Shown: positions 18,861-28,831 of the stretch, one piece after another
Layout of the letters: every line of letters begins with the position of its first letter
How positions within the stretch are numbered: the stretch's first letter is position 1
Notes under the pieces: generated by a model
What the model saw: the letters and a program-made list of their open reading frames with translations, nothing else
What the model was told of the DNA's origin: nothing
Databases searched by the model: none
Position numbers and translations under genes: made by a program
Assembly (NCBI GenBank): GCA_040751795.1
Contig: JBFMHR010000001.1
Coordinates: 424,722-488,721 of the forward strand
DNA: 64,000 nucleotides
Source: Thermoplasmatota archaeon
GTDB taxonomy: Archaea > Thermoplasmatota > Thermoplasmata > UBA10834
Direction of reading: 5' to 3'

Positions 18861-20273
18861 ATGAGAGTGACTCAGAAGCGCGTTTTGATGGTAGGGTTGC
18901 TGCTCTCCGCATCGATGGTCATGTCGGGCATGGTCGCTGCCGGCCCTGTCCTGCAGCCGCCTCCGACGGCCGAGGCCGAGGACGGGGGCACATGGACCGT
19001 ATTCGTGTACCTTTGCGGCGACAACAACCTCGAGAGCTATGCGATCGAAGACCTGGTCGAGATGGAGAACGTCGGGTCCCAGAACGGCGTGACGATCATA
19101 GTCCTGCTGGACACGCTGACCTACACGGAGGACACTCACTGGCTCCTGATCGAGAAGGGCGTGACGCACTACGACGCCGAGACGGGCGAGCTTGACTGCG
19201 ACTGCGACCTGTTCGAGGAGGAGGGTTGCCCCGGCGAGGTCGACATGGGCGATGGCGAGAGGCTCACATGGGCGGTCGTGACCGCGTTCTCGTACGCCCC
19301 CGCGGACCACTACATGCTGGTGCTGTGGGACCACGGCGGCGGATGGAGGGGCGTCTGCTACGACGACGGCTCCCTCGCGGACGTGCCGCAGGGCTGGGTC
19401 TCCAGGCTCACCACGCCGGAGACCGCAGCATCCCTCGCTGCCGCCCAGGAGCAGCTCAATGCGCTCGAGGGGACCGAGGACTATAAGCTCACCATCCTCG
19501 GCTACGACGCCTGCCTGAACGCGATGATCGAGGTCGTGTACCAGAACAGGAACATCGCGGACTACATGTTCGCGTCCATCAACCTGGTCCCCGGCCAGGG
19601 GATGGGCTACGAGGGCTTCCTGTCATTCATGGTCCAGGACCCGAGGCCGTCGGTCGAGGAGATTGGCATCGAGATAGTCGACTCGTACATCGAGTTCTAC
19701 GAGAACCTGATATCGGAGACGGGCCAGGGCATCGAGTACTTCGGCGACACGACCCTGTCGTTCATCAAGCTCGGCGACCGCGTGACGCAGCTCGGCGAGG
19801 ACATCGACGCGCTCGCGCACGAGCTGATCGACGGCGGCTACATGGACACGCACAGGGGCGCAATAGAGTCGGCGGAGTCGCAGACCCCGAGGATACCGAC
19901 CTACATGGGGGAGCAGTTCCCCTTCATCGACCTCGGCCTGTTCGCCGAGAAGCTCGGCGAGAAGATCCCCGACCTCAAGCCCCTGACGGACAAGGTCGTC
20001 GAGGGCGTCGACGAGATCGTCGTCTACGAGAACCACGTCACCTCCGCCAGCGGGGCGGTCCTGAGGACGTCGGGCATATCGGTGTACTTCACCTGCTCGT
20101 ACCACTGGATCAACCCGGCCTACTGGTTCGAGGACATAGAGGACGCGGAGCTCTACGGGCTGAACACGCTGTACTACGGCATGGACTTCACCGTGAACAC
20201 CTGGTGGGACGAGTTCGTCTTCACCTTCTGCCAGGCATACGACGAGAGCGTCCTCGACCTCGAAGAGGACTGA
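18861..20273 (+). CDS. Secreted clostripain-like cysteine peptidase (C11), copy 2
   Basis: Signal peptide; WTVFVYLCGDNNLE, LWDHGGGW, GYDACL. Confidence 0.9.
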   Translation: MRVTQKRVLMVGLLLSASMVMSGMVAAGPVLQPPPTAEAEDGGTWTVFVYLCGDNNLESYAIEDLVEMENVGSQNGVTIIVLLDTLTYTEDTHWLLIEKGVTHYDAETGELDCDCDLFEEEGCPGEVDMGDGERLTWAVVTAFSYAPADHYMLVLWDHGGGWRGVCYDDGSLADVPQGWVSRLTTPETAASLAAAQEQLNALEGTEDYKLTILGYDACLNAMIEVVYQNRNIADYMFASINLVPGQGMGYEGFLSFMVQDPRPSVEEIGIEIVDSYIEFYENLISETGQGIEYFGDTTLSFIKLGDRVTQLGEDIDALAHELIDGGYMDTHRGAIESAESQTPRIPTYMGEQFPFIDLGLFAEKLGEKIPDLKPLTDKVVEGVDEIVVYENHVTSASGAVLRTSGISVYFTCSYHWINPAYWFEDIEDAELYGLNTLYYGMDFTVNTWWDEFVFTFCQAYDESVLDLEED

Positions 20274-20287
20274 AACCGCAGCAAACC

Positions 20288-20323
20288 GTGCGGCCCGAGA
20301 GGGCCGCACACTCGATTTTCATT
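20288..20323 (+). terminator. Hairpin with GAGA tetraloop plus U-rich tract
   Basis: gtgcggccc-gaga-gggccgcac (perfect 9-bp stem, 20288-20309), then gattttcatt. Confidence 0.65.
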
Positions 20324-20347
20324 CATCCGCGAGAGCGAGTCCGCCGT

Positions 20348-21859
20348 CTATCCCCATAGCGCCGAGTACTTCCTCTCGAGGTACCTGGTGAACGGCTCCG
20401 GGGAGAGCGGCCTCCCCGCGACCTTCTCGACCAGCTCGGCCGCGTCGTACAGCGAGCCCCAGCGGTGGACCTCCTCCCTCAGCCACCCGATGACCGCCTG
20501 CGGCCTCCCCTCGGCGACCTCCTGCTGCCACCCGGGCATGTCCTTGTCGAGCCTCTCGACGTACATCCCGTCGTAGACGTTGCCCATCGCGTAGCTCTGG
20601 AAGTACCCGAAGGAGCCGGAGCTCCAGTGGACGTCCTGCATGACGCCCTCGACGTCGTCCTCGACCTTCACGCCGAGGTACCTGTCGTAGAGGTCGTTCC
20701 ACACCCGGGGGAGCTCCTTCACCGCGACCTTCCCGCCGAAGAGCGCCCTCTCGATCTCGAACCTTATCGCGACGTGTATGCAGTAGGTGACCTCGTCCGC
20801 CTTCACCCGTATCTTGGTCCTCGCGACCCTGTTGAGCGACCTCATCAGGCCGTCCAGCTGTAGGTCCGAGTAGGCCGGCGCCGTGAGCTCCTTGAACCTC
20901 GGGAGGTAGTGGGACCAGAACTGCCTCGAGGTCCCGACCATGTTCTCCACGAACCTGGAGCACGACTCGTGCACCCCCATGCTCGCGGGGTGCGACACCG
21001 GCTGGTAGATCCACTCCCGGTTGATGTTCTGGTCGTACATGGCGTGGCCGGACTCGTGCATCGCGCCGAGGAGCGTGTCGAAGAGGCCGTCGTCCTTCAG
21101 CCTGATGGCGATCCTGACGTCGTCCACGTAGCCGGTGGTGAACGGGTGGATGGTCTCGTCTATGCGGCCCCTGGCCTTGTCGGAGACGGTGTCGAAGCCG
21201 AGGAGGTTGACGACGTCCTTGACGACCTCCCTCTGCGCATGCAGGGGCACCTTCCTCAGGAGGACGGACGGGCCTGCGGCCTCCGACGCGGGGGCGAACT
21301 TGTCCGTGAGCCTGACGAGGTCGCGCCTCAGGCCGGCGAGGATCTCCGCCGCCTGGTCCCCGGTCATGCCCCGCTCGTAGTCGTACATCAGGGAGTCGAA
21401 GACGGTCCTCGTCCCCCTGGCCTCCATGGCCGCCTCGGCCAGCTTGGCGCTGAGGTCGACCATCCTCTCCAGCTCCGGCTCGAAGACGCGCCAGTCCTTG
21501 GCGTTCCTCGCCCTGGCCCACGCGTCCCTCGCGGTCGCGGTCTGCTTCGTGTACTCGCCCAGGAGGTCCTCGGGGACGCTCATGGCGATGTCCCTCTCCC
21601 TCCTCAGGAGGTGGAGGTTCCTGGACTGGACCTCGTCGAGGGAGGCGCGCTCCCTCTCGCACTCGCGCAGGAGCGTGCCGAGCTCGTCGCTCGTGAGAAG
21701 CCTGTGCCCCAGGCGCCTGAGGAGGCCCAGCTGGTCCCCCCTCATGTCCGTCCCGCCCGGGGGCATGTAGGTCTCCATGTCCCACATCATCATCAGGGCG
21801 GTCGAGTCGATCAGCACTGTCTCGCGGTACCTGTCCATCAACTTCTGATAGGAGCTCAT
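20348..21859 (-). CDS. Carboxypeptidase M32 (Taq-type)
   Basis: WDMETYMPPGG, HPFT, HESGHAMY, HESCSRF, IRVKADEVTY, QDVHW, GYFQSY. Confidence 0.95.
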   Translation of the reverse strand: MSSYQKLMDRYRETVLIDSTALMMMWDMETYMPPGGTDMRGDQLGLLRRLGHRLLTSDELGTLLRECERERASLDEVQSRNLHLLRRERDIAMSVPEDLLGEYTKQTATARDAWARARNAKDWRVFEPELERMVDLSAKLAEAAMEARGTRTVFDSLMYDYERGMTGDQAAEILAGLRRDLVRLTDKFAPASEAAGPSVLLRKVPLHAQREVVKDVVNLLGFDTVSDKARGRIDETIHPFTTGYVDDVRIAIRLKDDGLFDTLLGAMHESGHAMYDQNINREWIYQPVSHPASMGVHESCSRFVENMVGTSRQFWSHYLPRFKELTAPAYSDLQLDGLMRSLNRVARTKIRVKADEVTYCIHVAIRFEIERALFGGKVAVKELPRVWNDLYDRYLGVKVEDDVEGVMQDVHWSSGSFGYFQSYAMGNVYDGMYVERLDKDMPGWQQEVAEGRPQAVIGWLREEVHRWGSLYDAAELVEKVAGRPLSPEPFTRYLERKYSALWG

Positions 21860-21952
21860 GTGAACTGCCCTCGGGGGTGGCGGACTGGCCGGGTGATGAC
21901 GGTCCATGGTGATTAGCCTTTGCGAGGCTACCGATTTGTGTGAGAAACGCGA

Positions 21953-21971
21953 GGGGCCGAGGCCCGGCCCC
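21953..21971 (-). terminator. Hairpin after the 22003-22344 gene
   Basis: ggggccg/cggcccc stem, followed on the minus strand by gcgtttctc. Confidence 0.45.
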
Positions 21972-22002
21972 GTCGCCTATCGGTTTGTCTCCTGGACCGG
22001 GC

Positions 22003-22344
22003 TCACTTCCCCTTCTTCTTCGGCGGGAGGACCATCCAGTCCCCCACCTCCCGGAGCACGGTCAAGTTGAACGATCCAGGGACGAAGAAATCGCTGTCGT
22101 CTATGCACAATCTGTCGAAGACCGGGTCGCTGTATTCCCGCAATACGTCGAAGTCGGAGAACTTCTTGCACTCCCAGATCCATGTCACGTCGTAGCGGCC
22201 GATGTTCATGGTCGAGCCGTATACGCCCTTCAGCGTCCACCCGGGTGGGCTGTGTTTCCTGAACGCGTCGATGTTCTTCGTGATATGCTCCTTGTATTCG
22301 AGGTCCCTCCCCTTCTCAATGTTCGCACTCCATAGCACTAACAC
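22003..22344 (-). CDS. Small alpha/beta-barrel (GYD/NIPSNAP-like) protein
   Basis: GTG after strong AGGAGGAGGTGA SD; GWTLKGVY...GRYDVTWIWE pattern. Confidence 0.7.
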   Translation of the reverse strand: MLVLWSANIEKGRDLEYKEHITKNIDAFRKHSPPGWTLKGVYGSTMNIGRYDVTWIWECKKFSDFDVLREYSDPVFDRLCIDDSDFFVPGSFNLTVLREVGDWMVLPPKKKGK

Positions 22345-22502
22345 CTTCTCACCTCCTCCTCGAACCACCCTCGAGGTTACCTTTCAATGGGGCCCACCTG
22401 ATACTAGTAAGTTCGCGGGGATCCGTTCGTCGGCCGCCGAAGTCGCCCTGAGCGGGGGAGGGCTGAGGCCTTGAAGTACGGCCTCCCCGATTCGGAGGAA
22501 CG

Positions 22503-23180
22503 ATGACGGAGTTGGCCCGTGCGGACGGAGGGGCGCCTCAGGCGTCGGCCGTCTCATTCCGGCCCTGCGCCCCCGGCGACATACCCGCGTGTGCACGCCT
22601 CGCGCGCGACGCGTGGCCGGCAGGGCCTTCCGTCGCCTCGAAGGAGCTGGAGCTCGCCGGGATGGAGGGGTACATGCAGTACTCCCTCGACGCGTCCAAC
22701 TGGAGCGAGGTCGCGTGCACCGACGAGGGGATGGTCGGGTTCCTGTTCGGGAGGATAGACGGCCTGCCGACGGGCCCGCCCCCGGAGCGGGGGCTCCTCG
22801 GTGAGCTGCCCTCGCTGCTCTCGTCCATACTGGACCACGACCGGAGGGAGCCGAGGATGCTCGCGTTCCTCTGGAGCCTCGCGATGACCGAGTTCAAGGT
22901 GAGGGTGAACACCCCGCAGTCGGACGCGGCAGTGGAGATGTTCATAGTCGACGCGGCCTGGAGGGGGAAGGGGGTCGGGACGACGCTCCTCGACAGGTTC
23001 CTGAAGGCCGCGAAGGACGCCGGGGCCAGGCGGGTCACCGTGTACACGGACGAGCTCATGAGCAACTGGCGGTTCTACGAGGGCCGCGGTTTCACCCGCG
23101 TGGCCACCTTCCACGACGACATAACCTCGCACTACTCCGGGTCCCCGGCGCGGGGGATCATCTTCGCGATGGACCTGTAG
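22503..23180 (+). CDS. GNAT N-acetyltransferase
   Basis: VDAAWRGKGVGTTLL acetyl-CoA motif; NWRFYEGRGF. Confidence 0.9.
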   Translation: MTELARADGGAPQASAVSFRPCAPGDIPACARLARDAWPAGPSVASKELELAGMEGYMQYSLDASNWSEVACTDEGMVGFLFGRIDGLPTGPPPERGLLGELPSLLSSILDHDRREPRMLAFLWSLAMTEFKVRVNTPQSDAAVEMFIVDAAWRGKGVGTTLLDRFLKAAKDAGARRVTVYTDELMSNWRFYEGRGFTRVATFHDDITSHYSGSPARGIIFAMDL

Positions 23181-23201
23181 CCCAGGGGTATGCGGGGTCG
23201 C

Positions 23202-23888
23202 TCAGAACCTGCCCTTCGCCCCGCCGCCCCCGGACCTTCCACCGCCGAACCTGCCCCTCGTGAGTATGCCTCCGAGCCAGAAGAACGCCCTGCCCCGGGT
23301 GGCGACGCCCACCACCAGGAACACGGCGATGGCGAGCCCGAGCTGCCAGTAGTCGATCCTCAGGAACTCGATGTCGTACCCATCTTCGTTGATCCTCTCG
23401 GGGTCCGCGGTCAGCTCCTCCACGAGGGCGGCGACCGTGTAGAATATGCCTGGGTAGTAGTCCTGGACCGCGAGGTACGGTTCGAGGTTCTCCCTCCCTA
23501 TCGTGCCGACCTTCGCGTCGTTGAGGATCCCCTCGAGGCCGTAGCCGACCTCTATCCTCCACATCTCCTCCTCGGTCGACACGAGGAGGAGGACGCCGTT
23601 GTCCAGGTCCTCCTTCCCTATGCCCGATTCCCTGAATAGCTCCACGGCGAAGATGTCAATCCCCATGGGGAGGGTGGTGTCCACGATGACTATGGCCACC
23701 TCGTCGGAGGTGACCTGGTCCAGCTGGTAGCAGATCTCGTCGAGGGTGGATATCTCGTCGTAGGTGAGGACGCCGACGAAGTCGTTCGCGTAGAGGTATA
23801 TCTCAGGCAGGTCCTGGGCGGCCGATGGGGACGGCAGGAGCGCTGAGGCCATGATGACGACAGCCAGCGCGCGCCCGTAGCCCTTCAT
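23202..23888 (-). CDS. TPM-domain membrane protein
   Basis: NDFVGVL, GIGKEDLDNGVLLLV, RIEVGYGLEGILND, C-terminal FGGGRSGGGGA. Confidence 0.92.
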   Translation of the reverse strand: MKGYGRALAVVIMASALLPSPSAAQDLPEIYLYANDFVGVLTYDEISTLDEICYQLDQVTSDEVAIVIVDTTLPMGIDIFAVELFRESGIGKEDLDNGVLLLVSTEEEMWRIEVGYGLEGILNDAKVGTIGRENLEPYLAVQDYYPGIFYTVAALVEELTADPERINEDGYDIEFLRIDYWQLGLAIAVFLVVGVATRGRAFFWLGGILTRGRFGGGRSGGGGAKGRF

Positions 23889-23912
23889 GTGCCGCCCCGC
23901 CTCGAGGGACGC

Positions 23913-24470
23913 CTAGGCCTCGCCCGGGATCGGGTCGTAGTAGCGCTTCTCCTCGAAGCCGAACATCCCCGCGAAGAGCACGCCCGGGACGCGCTTGATC
24001 TTGCTGTTGTAGTCCCGCACGTACTCGTTGTAGTACATCCTCTCGACGGCGATCCTGTTCTCGGTCCCCGCGACCTCGTCCATGAGGTCCGCGACGAGCG
24101 GTATCGAGCTTAGCACCGGGTAGTTCTCGGCGGCGAAGTAGGCGAGGACGATGGTGTTGATCTCCCCGTCGAGGGCGATGGACGTGTTGAGCCTCTCCTC
24201 GCTGGTGAGGGCGTTGAGCCACTCCATCCTCAGCGCGGTGATGTTCGCCAGGGTCGACGCCTCGAACTGCGTGTACTGGCTGGTGATGTTCACCAGGTTG
24301 GGGATGAGGTCTATCTTCCTCTGGTACTCGTTCTCGACCTGTGCCCACTGGGACTCGACCTGCTGCTCCGCGTCGACGAGGCCGTTGTAAGTCACGACGA
24401 TCAGCGCCAGGACGATGACCACGGCCACTACCGCGATTATCAGGGCCAGCAGGGGCTTCGAGAGCTTCAT
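23913..24470 (-). CDS. lemA: LemA family protein
   Basis: N-terminal TM, YNGLV, WAQVENEYQRKIDLIPNLV, ENYPVL, GTENRIAVERMYYN. Confidence 0.93.
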   Translation of the reverse strand: MKLSKPLLALIIAVVAVVIVLALIVVTYNGLVDAEQQVESQWAQVENEYQRKIDLIPNLVNITSQYTQFEASTLANITALRMEWLNALTSEERLNTSIALDGEINTIVLAYFAAENYPVLSSIPLVADLMDEVAGTENRIAVERMYYNEYVRDYNSKIKRVPGVLFAGMFGFEEKRYYDPIPGEA

Positions 24471-24534
24471 GAACGGCGTTACAGGAGAGCCTGTAGAAAT
24501 AACCTTGGCCCAAAGTCGTCCGGGGGGTCGGGGC

Positions 24535-25026
24535 CTACGTGGACACGACCACCTTGTACGACCTCTTCCCGGTCATGAGGTCTATGTCTATCCGGCCGAT
24601 GTTGACGCGCCTGACGGAGTCGTCGTCGACCTGCTCCGCAGCGACCTTCTCCGGGTCCCCCTCGTGCTTCAGGATCATGGTCATGAGCGCGTGGCGCTTC
24701 TCCTCGACGTCCTGGACGAAGGTGACCCTGCCCCGGAACTGAGTCGTCTGGTAGAGGTGGTCGCAGCTGCCGTGGGCGTACCCGAGGTCTATGAGCGCCT
24801 GCCCCCAGACCCTGTTGTCCCTCCTGAGGGCGTCGACCTTCCTCCCCTCGTGGGCGCAGTGGAAGTATATGGCTTTCCTCGCCTCGTCGTAGCCGTGGCT
24901 GAGGGTGGCCAGGTACGGGCCGTCCTCGTCGCTCATGGCTATGGTCACGTGCCTCGTCTCCTTCAGGACCCTGACCATCTCCGCCCTGTCCGTGACCTCC
25001 TTCTCCTTGCGCCTGATGCCTTTCAT
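24535..25026 (-). CDS. Pyridoxamine 5'-phosphate oxidase/NimA-like flavin-binding protein
   Basis: IRRKEKE, PYLATLSHGY, IYFHCAHEGRK, MTGK. Confidence 0.87.
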   Translation of the reverse strand: MKGIRRKEKEVTDRAEMVRVLKETRHVTIAMSDEDGPYLATLSHGYDEARKAIYFHCAHEGRKVDALRRDNRVWGQALIDLGYAHGSCDHLYQTTQFRGRVTFVQDVEEKRHALMTMILKHEGDPEKVAAEQVDDDSVRRVNIGRIDIDLMTGKRSYKVVVST

Positions 25027-25142
25027 GGTACAGCCTCCGGCGTCCTCAGGGAACCCCTTCCGGCGATTAGTAGGTATGTCCGCTCCCGGGATGGAAGATC
25101 CGATGCCCCGGCCCGCGGGCCGGGGCGTTGTTCGTGTTTATG

Positions 25143-27302
25143 TCAGCCCAGCACCTCGACGAGGGGCACCGCCGCGTTCCCCCACTCGACCGCGAGCTTC
25201 AGGACGTCCTCCTCGTACCACGGTTCCAGCTGGTCCTCCATCACGGACTGCAGCTGCGCGAGCGCTTCGTCGGTCGTCATCGACCCGTCCTTGAGGCCCA
25301 GGTACACTCCCTGTATGTCGACATAGTCCTGGGCCTGGTCGAAGTCGTCGCCCCAGTACATGAAGCAGTCCGTCATCTGGGAGAAGACCTCGACGTACGC
25401 CCCCCTGCTGCAGTAGACGCCCCACTCCATGCTCCGGACGGCCTCGAGGGACGACGCAGCGCGGTCCCGGTCGCCCGCCTCCAGCGCAGCGGCTGCCGCC
25501 GTCACCGCGGAGTAGTCCGTCGCGTGCTGGTGCGGCCTGAAGAGCGGTTCCCACGACGGCATCATGCCGCCCTCGCCCATTGTCCACGGGATGAGTATCC
25601 TCCTCGCGTCGATGATCGCGCGGTTGAGCTCGTCCGCGTCGGCGATGGCCGCGGCCTTCTGCTTCGGGGTCTTCGCCGCGGCGTACGCAGCCTCGATCTC
25701 GTCCGCCCTGACGTTGATGGCGGCGGACACCGCCTCCATCTCGGTCAATGCGGCCAGGGCCGCGTCGATGTTCGCGCGCTGCGACGGCACCATCGGCCTC
25801 TCAGAGCAGAGGTCCTGCTGCGCCCAGTCGCACACGAGCACGAGGTCGAGGGGCAGCACCAGCGCGCCCACGGCCCTGTAGCCCATGAGGGCGGTCAGCT
25901 CCAGGACCATGCCGAGCATGTCCGGGGACTGGATCTCGATCGTGTCGAGCTGCGTGTGGTAGTACGGGTCGAAGCCCGTCCCCCAGACCATCTCGACCGC
26001 GGTGCCGCCGCCCTTGCCGGCGAAGGACCACGCGTCGGTCCAGGTCCACACGGGCGTGTAGCAGTTCAGGACGTTGAGGTAGCCCAGGTCGGATATGGCG
26101 CTCCAGACGAAGTCGGAGACCTCCAGCGATATCTCGAGCCACACCTTCCCGTCAACCTTCGGGAAGCTCCCGCCGTCGATGTTGAGCTCCATGACCAGGC
26201 CGTCCATGATCTCCGGGTGCTTCACGACGAACTCGTACGAGCCCACGAGCCAGTTGAACCATGTGCCGTCCGGGCCGCCGCTCTCCTCCGAGCCGACGGA
26301 GCAGAACACGAGCGTCCTCTCGTTCACGTAGTCGCCCGAGGCCCTCGCCTCGGAGAACATCCTAGCCATCTCGAGCACGACCGCAACGGACGAGCAGTCG
26401 TCGAAAGAGCCGTTCCACCAGGTGTCTATGTGCCCCGATATGACGATGTACTCCTCCGCCCTGGTCGTCCCCAGGAGCACGCCCGCGACGTTGACCGAGC
26501 TGGCGTCGGAGTCGAAGTCCGTCCTGCCCGTGACCTTCAGCGTGACCTTGCCCTCCGCCATCAGCTCCTGGAGCCTCGCGGCGGAGTTGGGCGATATGGA
26601 TATCGCGGGTATTCGGGAGAACACCGAGTCCTGCTTTATCCCCTCGGGGTGGTCCGCGCCGTCGAAGTAGCCGTAGAACATGACCGCGGACGCGCCGTGG
26701 AGCGCGGCCTCCTCGGCGGGCGTGTTGGGCCAGCCCTGCGTGTTGTCGTTCCTGTGCACGAGCGCGATGGCGCCCTCGAGGCTGTCATCCGGGCCGCACG
26801 CCCCGTCGAAGTCCGCATGGGTCCCGTAGCCCACGTCGACCACATCGGCCACCAGGACGGTCCCGTCATCGTTGTTCCCGTGGGTGTAGAGCTCGCCGTC
26901 GATGTAGCCCCAGACGGACTGGGCGTCGCCGTACGTCGTGGCCGGCACGTCCTCATAGCCCTCGGAGACGATCTCCACGGTCGCCATCTCGGCGTGGTCC
27001 CAGTTGGACACCCTGTACTCCTCCCACCACACCTCGTCCAGGGGCATGGCCTCCATCTGGCCCTTCACGTACTCCTGCGCCGCCCTCTCCTCGGGGGACC
27101 CCGAGGTCTTCTCGCCGAGCGAGGACAGGTACTCCAGCTGCTCCCACGCATGGCCGTAGTCGATGCGGTCCATGAAGGCCGCCTCGTCAGCCGCGAGGGT
27201 GACAGGTTTGTTGGTACCTATCGCAGGCAGGCCGTAGCACACCGGCATCGCCAGGACGGTCATGAAGAACAGGCCCACGACTAGACTCTGCACTCTGCGC
27301 AC
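25143..27302 (-). CDS. Secreted M28 metallopeptidase with PA domain
   Basis: Signal peptide; PA insert (DVGYG...GAIALVHR); ISGHIDTW, DDCSSVA, SEESG, NIDG, YHTQLD. Confidence 0.88.
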   Translation of the reverse strand: MRRVQSLVVGLFFMTVLAMPVCYGLPAIGTNKPVTLAADEAAFMDRIDYGHAWEQLEYLSSLGEKTSGSPEERAAQEYVKGQMEAMPLDEVWWEEYRVSNWDHAEMATVEIVSEGYEDVPATTYGDAQSVWGYIDGELYTHGNNDDGTVLVADVVDVGYGTHADFDGACGPDDSLEGAIALVHRNDNTQGWPNTPAEEAALHGASAVMFYGYFDGADHPEGIKQDSVFSRIPAISISPNSAARLQELMAEGKVTLKVTGRTDFDSDASSVNVAGVLLGTTRAEEYIVISGHIDTWWNGSFDDCSSVAVVLEMARMFSEARASGDYVNERTLVFCSVGSEESGGPDGTWFNWLVGSYEFVVKHPEIMDGLVMELNIDGGSFPKVDGKVWLEISLEVSDFVWSAISDLGYLNVLNCYTPVWTWTDAWSFAGKGGGTAVEMVWGTGFDPYYHTQLDTIEIQSPDMLGMVLELTALMGYRAVGALVLPLDLVLVCDWAQQDLCSERPMVPSQRANIDAALAALTEMEAVSAAINVRADEIEAAYAAAKTPKQKAAAIADADELNRAIIDARRILIPWTMGEGGMMPSWEPLFRPHQHATDYSAVTAAAAALEAGDRDRAASSLEAVRSMEWGVYCSRGAYVEVFSQMTDCFMYWGDDFDQAQDYVDIQGVYLGLKDGSMTTDEALAQLQSVMEDQLEPWYEEDVLKLAVEWGNAAVPLVEVLG

Positions 27303-27436
27303 TAGACTCCCCCCAAGCACTTCCCCCTGACATCCCCCGTCAGGGCACACCCGGATGGCGCACTGACAAGATAAACCGTTCCCATGCCGCACCGGCACGG
27401 TGAGCCGGTCAGTACGCCGCCGGCGGGCCTCCCCCG

Positions 27437-27446
27437 ATATATATCT
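27437..27446. promoter_or_regulatory. Palindromic TATA box between the divergent M28 and PHP genes
   Basis: gatatatatc in a GC-rich intergenic region. Confidence 0.5.
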
Positions 27447-27526
27447 TGTCATTCTGTAACAGGGACATAGAAATACGCATCATGGCGATACACCGGCCCG
27501 AGGAAAGGGGGGAGCTTGAGATCCCT

Positions 27527-28657
27527 GTGATACGTGGGAGTCTAGCGAAGATTCTGTGCCTCTCGCTGGTCCTCGCCCTGACGATCCCGCTGCTGGGCGC
27601 GCAGGCGGCCTCGGCCAAGGGACAGGGCAAGGACAAGAGCGATACGACGACATACAACCTCTACTTCGGTGACCTGCACACGCACACGGGCTACTCCGAC
27701 GCCTATGACGCGGAGAGCACGCCGTGGGACGCGTACGCGGCCGCGATAGCGGGTGGGGCGGACTTCATGGCCGTGACGGACCACATGCAGATCTGGCACG
27801 CCTACAGCGCGTACGTGCTCGACGAGGAGGAGTGGGCCGACTGCCTGGCGGCGGCGGACTACTACACCTCCGACACCTTCGTCGCGATGGCCGGGTACGA
27901 GGCGTGGCTCCTCGCCAACTGCGGCGAGATCAACGTCTACAACTCGCGCGAGTTCCCGCCCGCGGAGACGCTGGGCAACCGCATGGAGAGGCTCCCGAGC
28001 TTCTACGACTGGATCACATCGGTGCCGGGCGCCATAGGCCAGTTCAACCACCCGCTCTACGTCAGCGAGGACTTCATGGACTACGCCTTCTACAGCGAGG
28101 CGAGGGACCTCGGCATGGGGGTCATCGAGGTGCACAACGAGGACTTCTACGAGCCGAGCTACATCAAGGCGCTCGACGCAGGCTGGCATGTGATGCCCGC
28201 GGCGAACTCCGACACGCACTACTCCGACTGGATCGCCGGGCACGAGGTCAGGAGCGTCCTGCTGGCCGAGAGCCTCACGCCCGAGGACCTGTACGCGGCC
28301 ATGTCCGCCGGCAGGGGGTACGGCACCCTTGACAGGAACCTCAGGGTCGAGTTCACCCTGGATGGGGCGGCCATGGGCTCCAACCTCTCTGCACCGGACG
28401 GCGCCTACACGGCCTGGATCAAGGTCGAGGACCCCGACGGGGCGGAGCTGGACGAGATAACCCTGGTGGAGATCGTGACCGACGGCGGCGTGGTCGTGGC
28501 GTCGATGCCGACGTCCGGGTCGCTCGTGGAGCTCACGGTGGACCTCTCCTCGGAGGACTCGAGGTACTTCTACGTCAGGGTGACGACCGCCTCACCCCTG
28601 AACGGGGACGTGCCCGGGGTGACGGCCTGGACGGCGCCGGTGTGGACGGGCCGATGA
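27527..28657 (+). CDS. Secreted PHP-family (CehA/McbA-like) metallohydrolase, copy 2
   Basis: GDLHTHTGYSD, AVTDH, QFNHP, NSDTH; ends TAWTAPVWTG like copy 1. Confidence 0.85.
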   Translation: MIRGSLAKILCLSLVLALTIPLLGAQAASAKGQGKDKSDTTTYNLYFGDLHTHTGYSDAYDAESTPWDAYAAAIAGGADFMAVTDHMQIWHAYSAYVLDEEEWADCLAAADYYTSDTFVAMAGYEAWLLANCGEINVYNSREFPPAETLGNRMERLPSFYDWITSVPGAIGQFNHPLYVSEDFMDYAFYSEARDLGMGVIEVHNEDFYEPSYIKALDAGWHVMPAANSDTHYSDWIAGHEVRSVLLAESLTPEDLYAAMSAGRGYGTLDRNLRVEFTLDGAAMGSNLSAPDGAYTAWIKVEDPDGAELDEITLVEIVTDGGVVVASMPTSGSLVELTVDLSSEDSRYFYVRVTTASPLNGDVPGVTAWTAPVWTGR

Positions 28658-28831
28658 ACTAGGCGCATCCGACCGCGTGAATCGAACACGGTCAGGGGAC
28701 CCTCCGCCCGGGCGGGACGGCGCCGGACCGAACATGATTTAAGGCCTTCGTGTCAGAGAATAGCAATCCTTATCTCAGTCGGATGGATGCCCCAACTGGA
28801 CGCATCACCGGAATCAGTGGGGGTTCTGCGC

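Noticed and set aside
23889-23915. lemA TAG stop in frame with the TPM gene (8-codon spacer)
   Set aside because: The TPM protein has its own signal peptide, and the pair is normally two genes. It serves as a chance control for the mttB amber observation.
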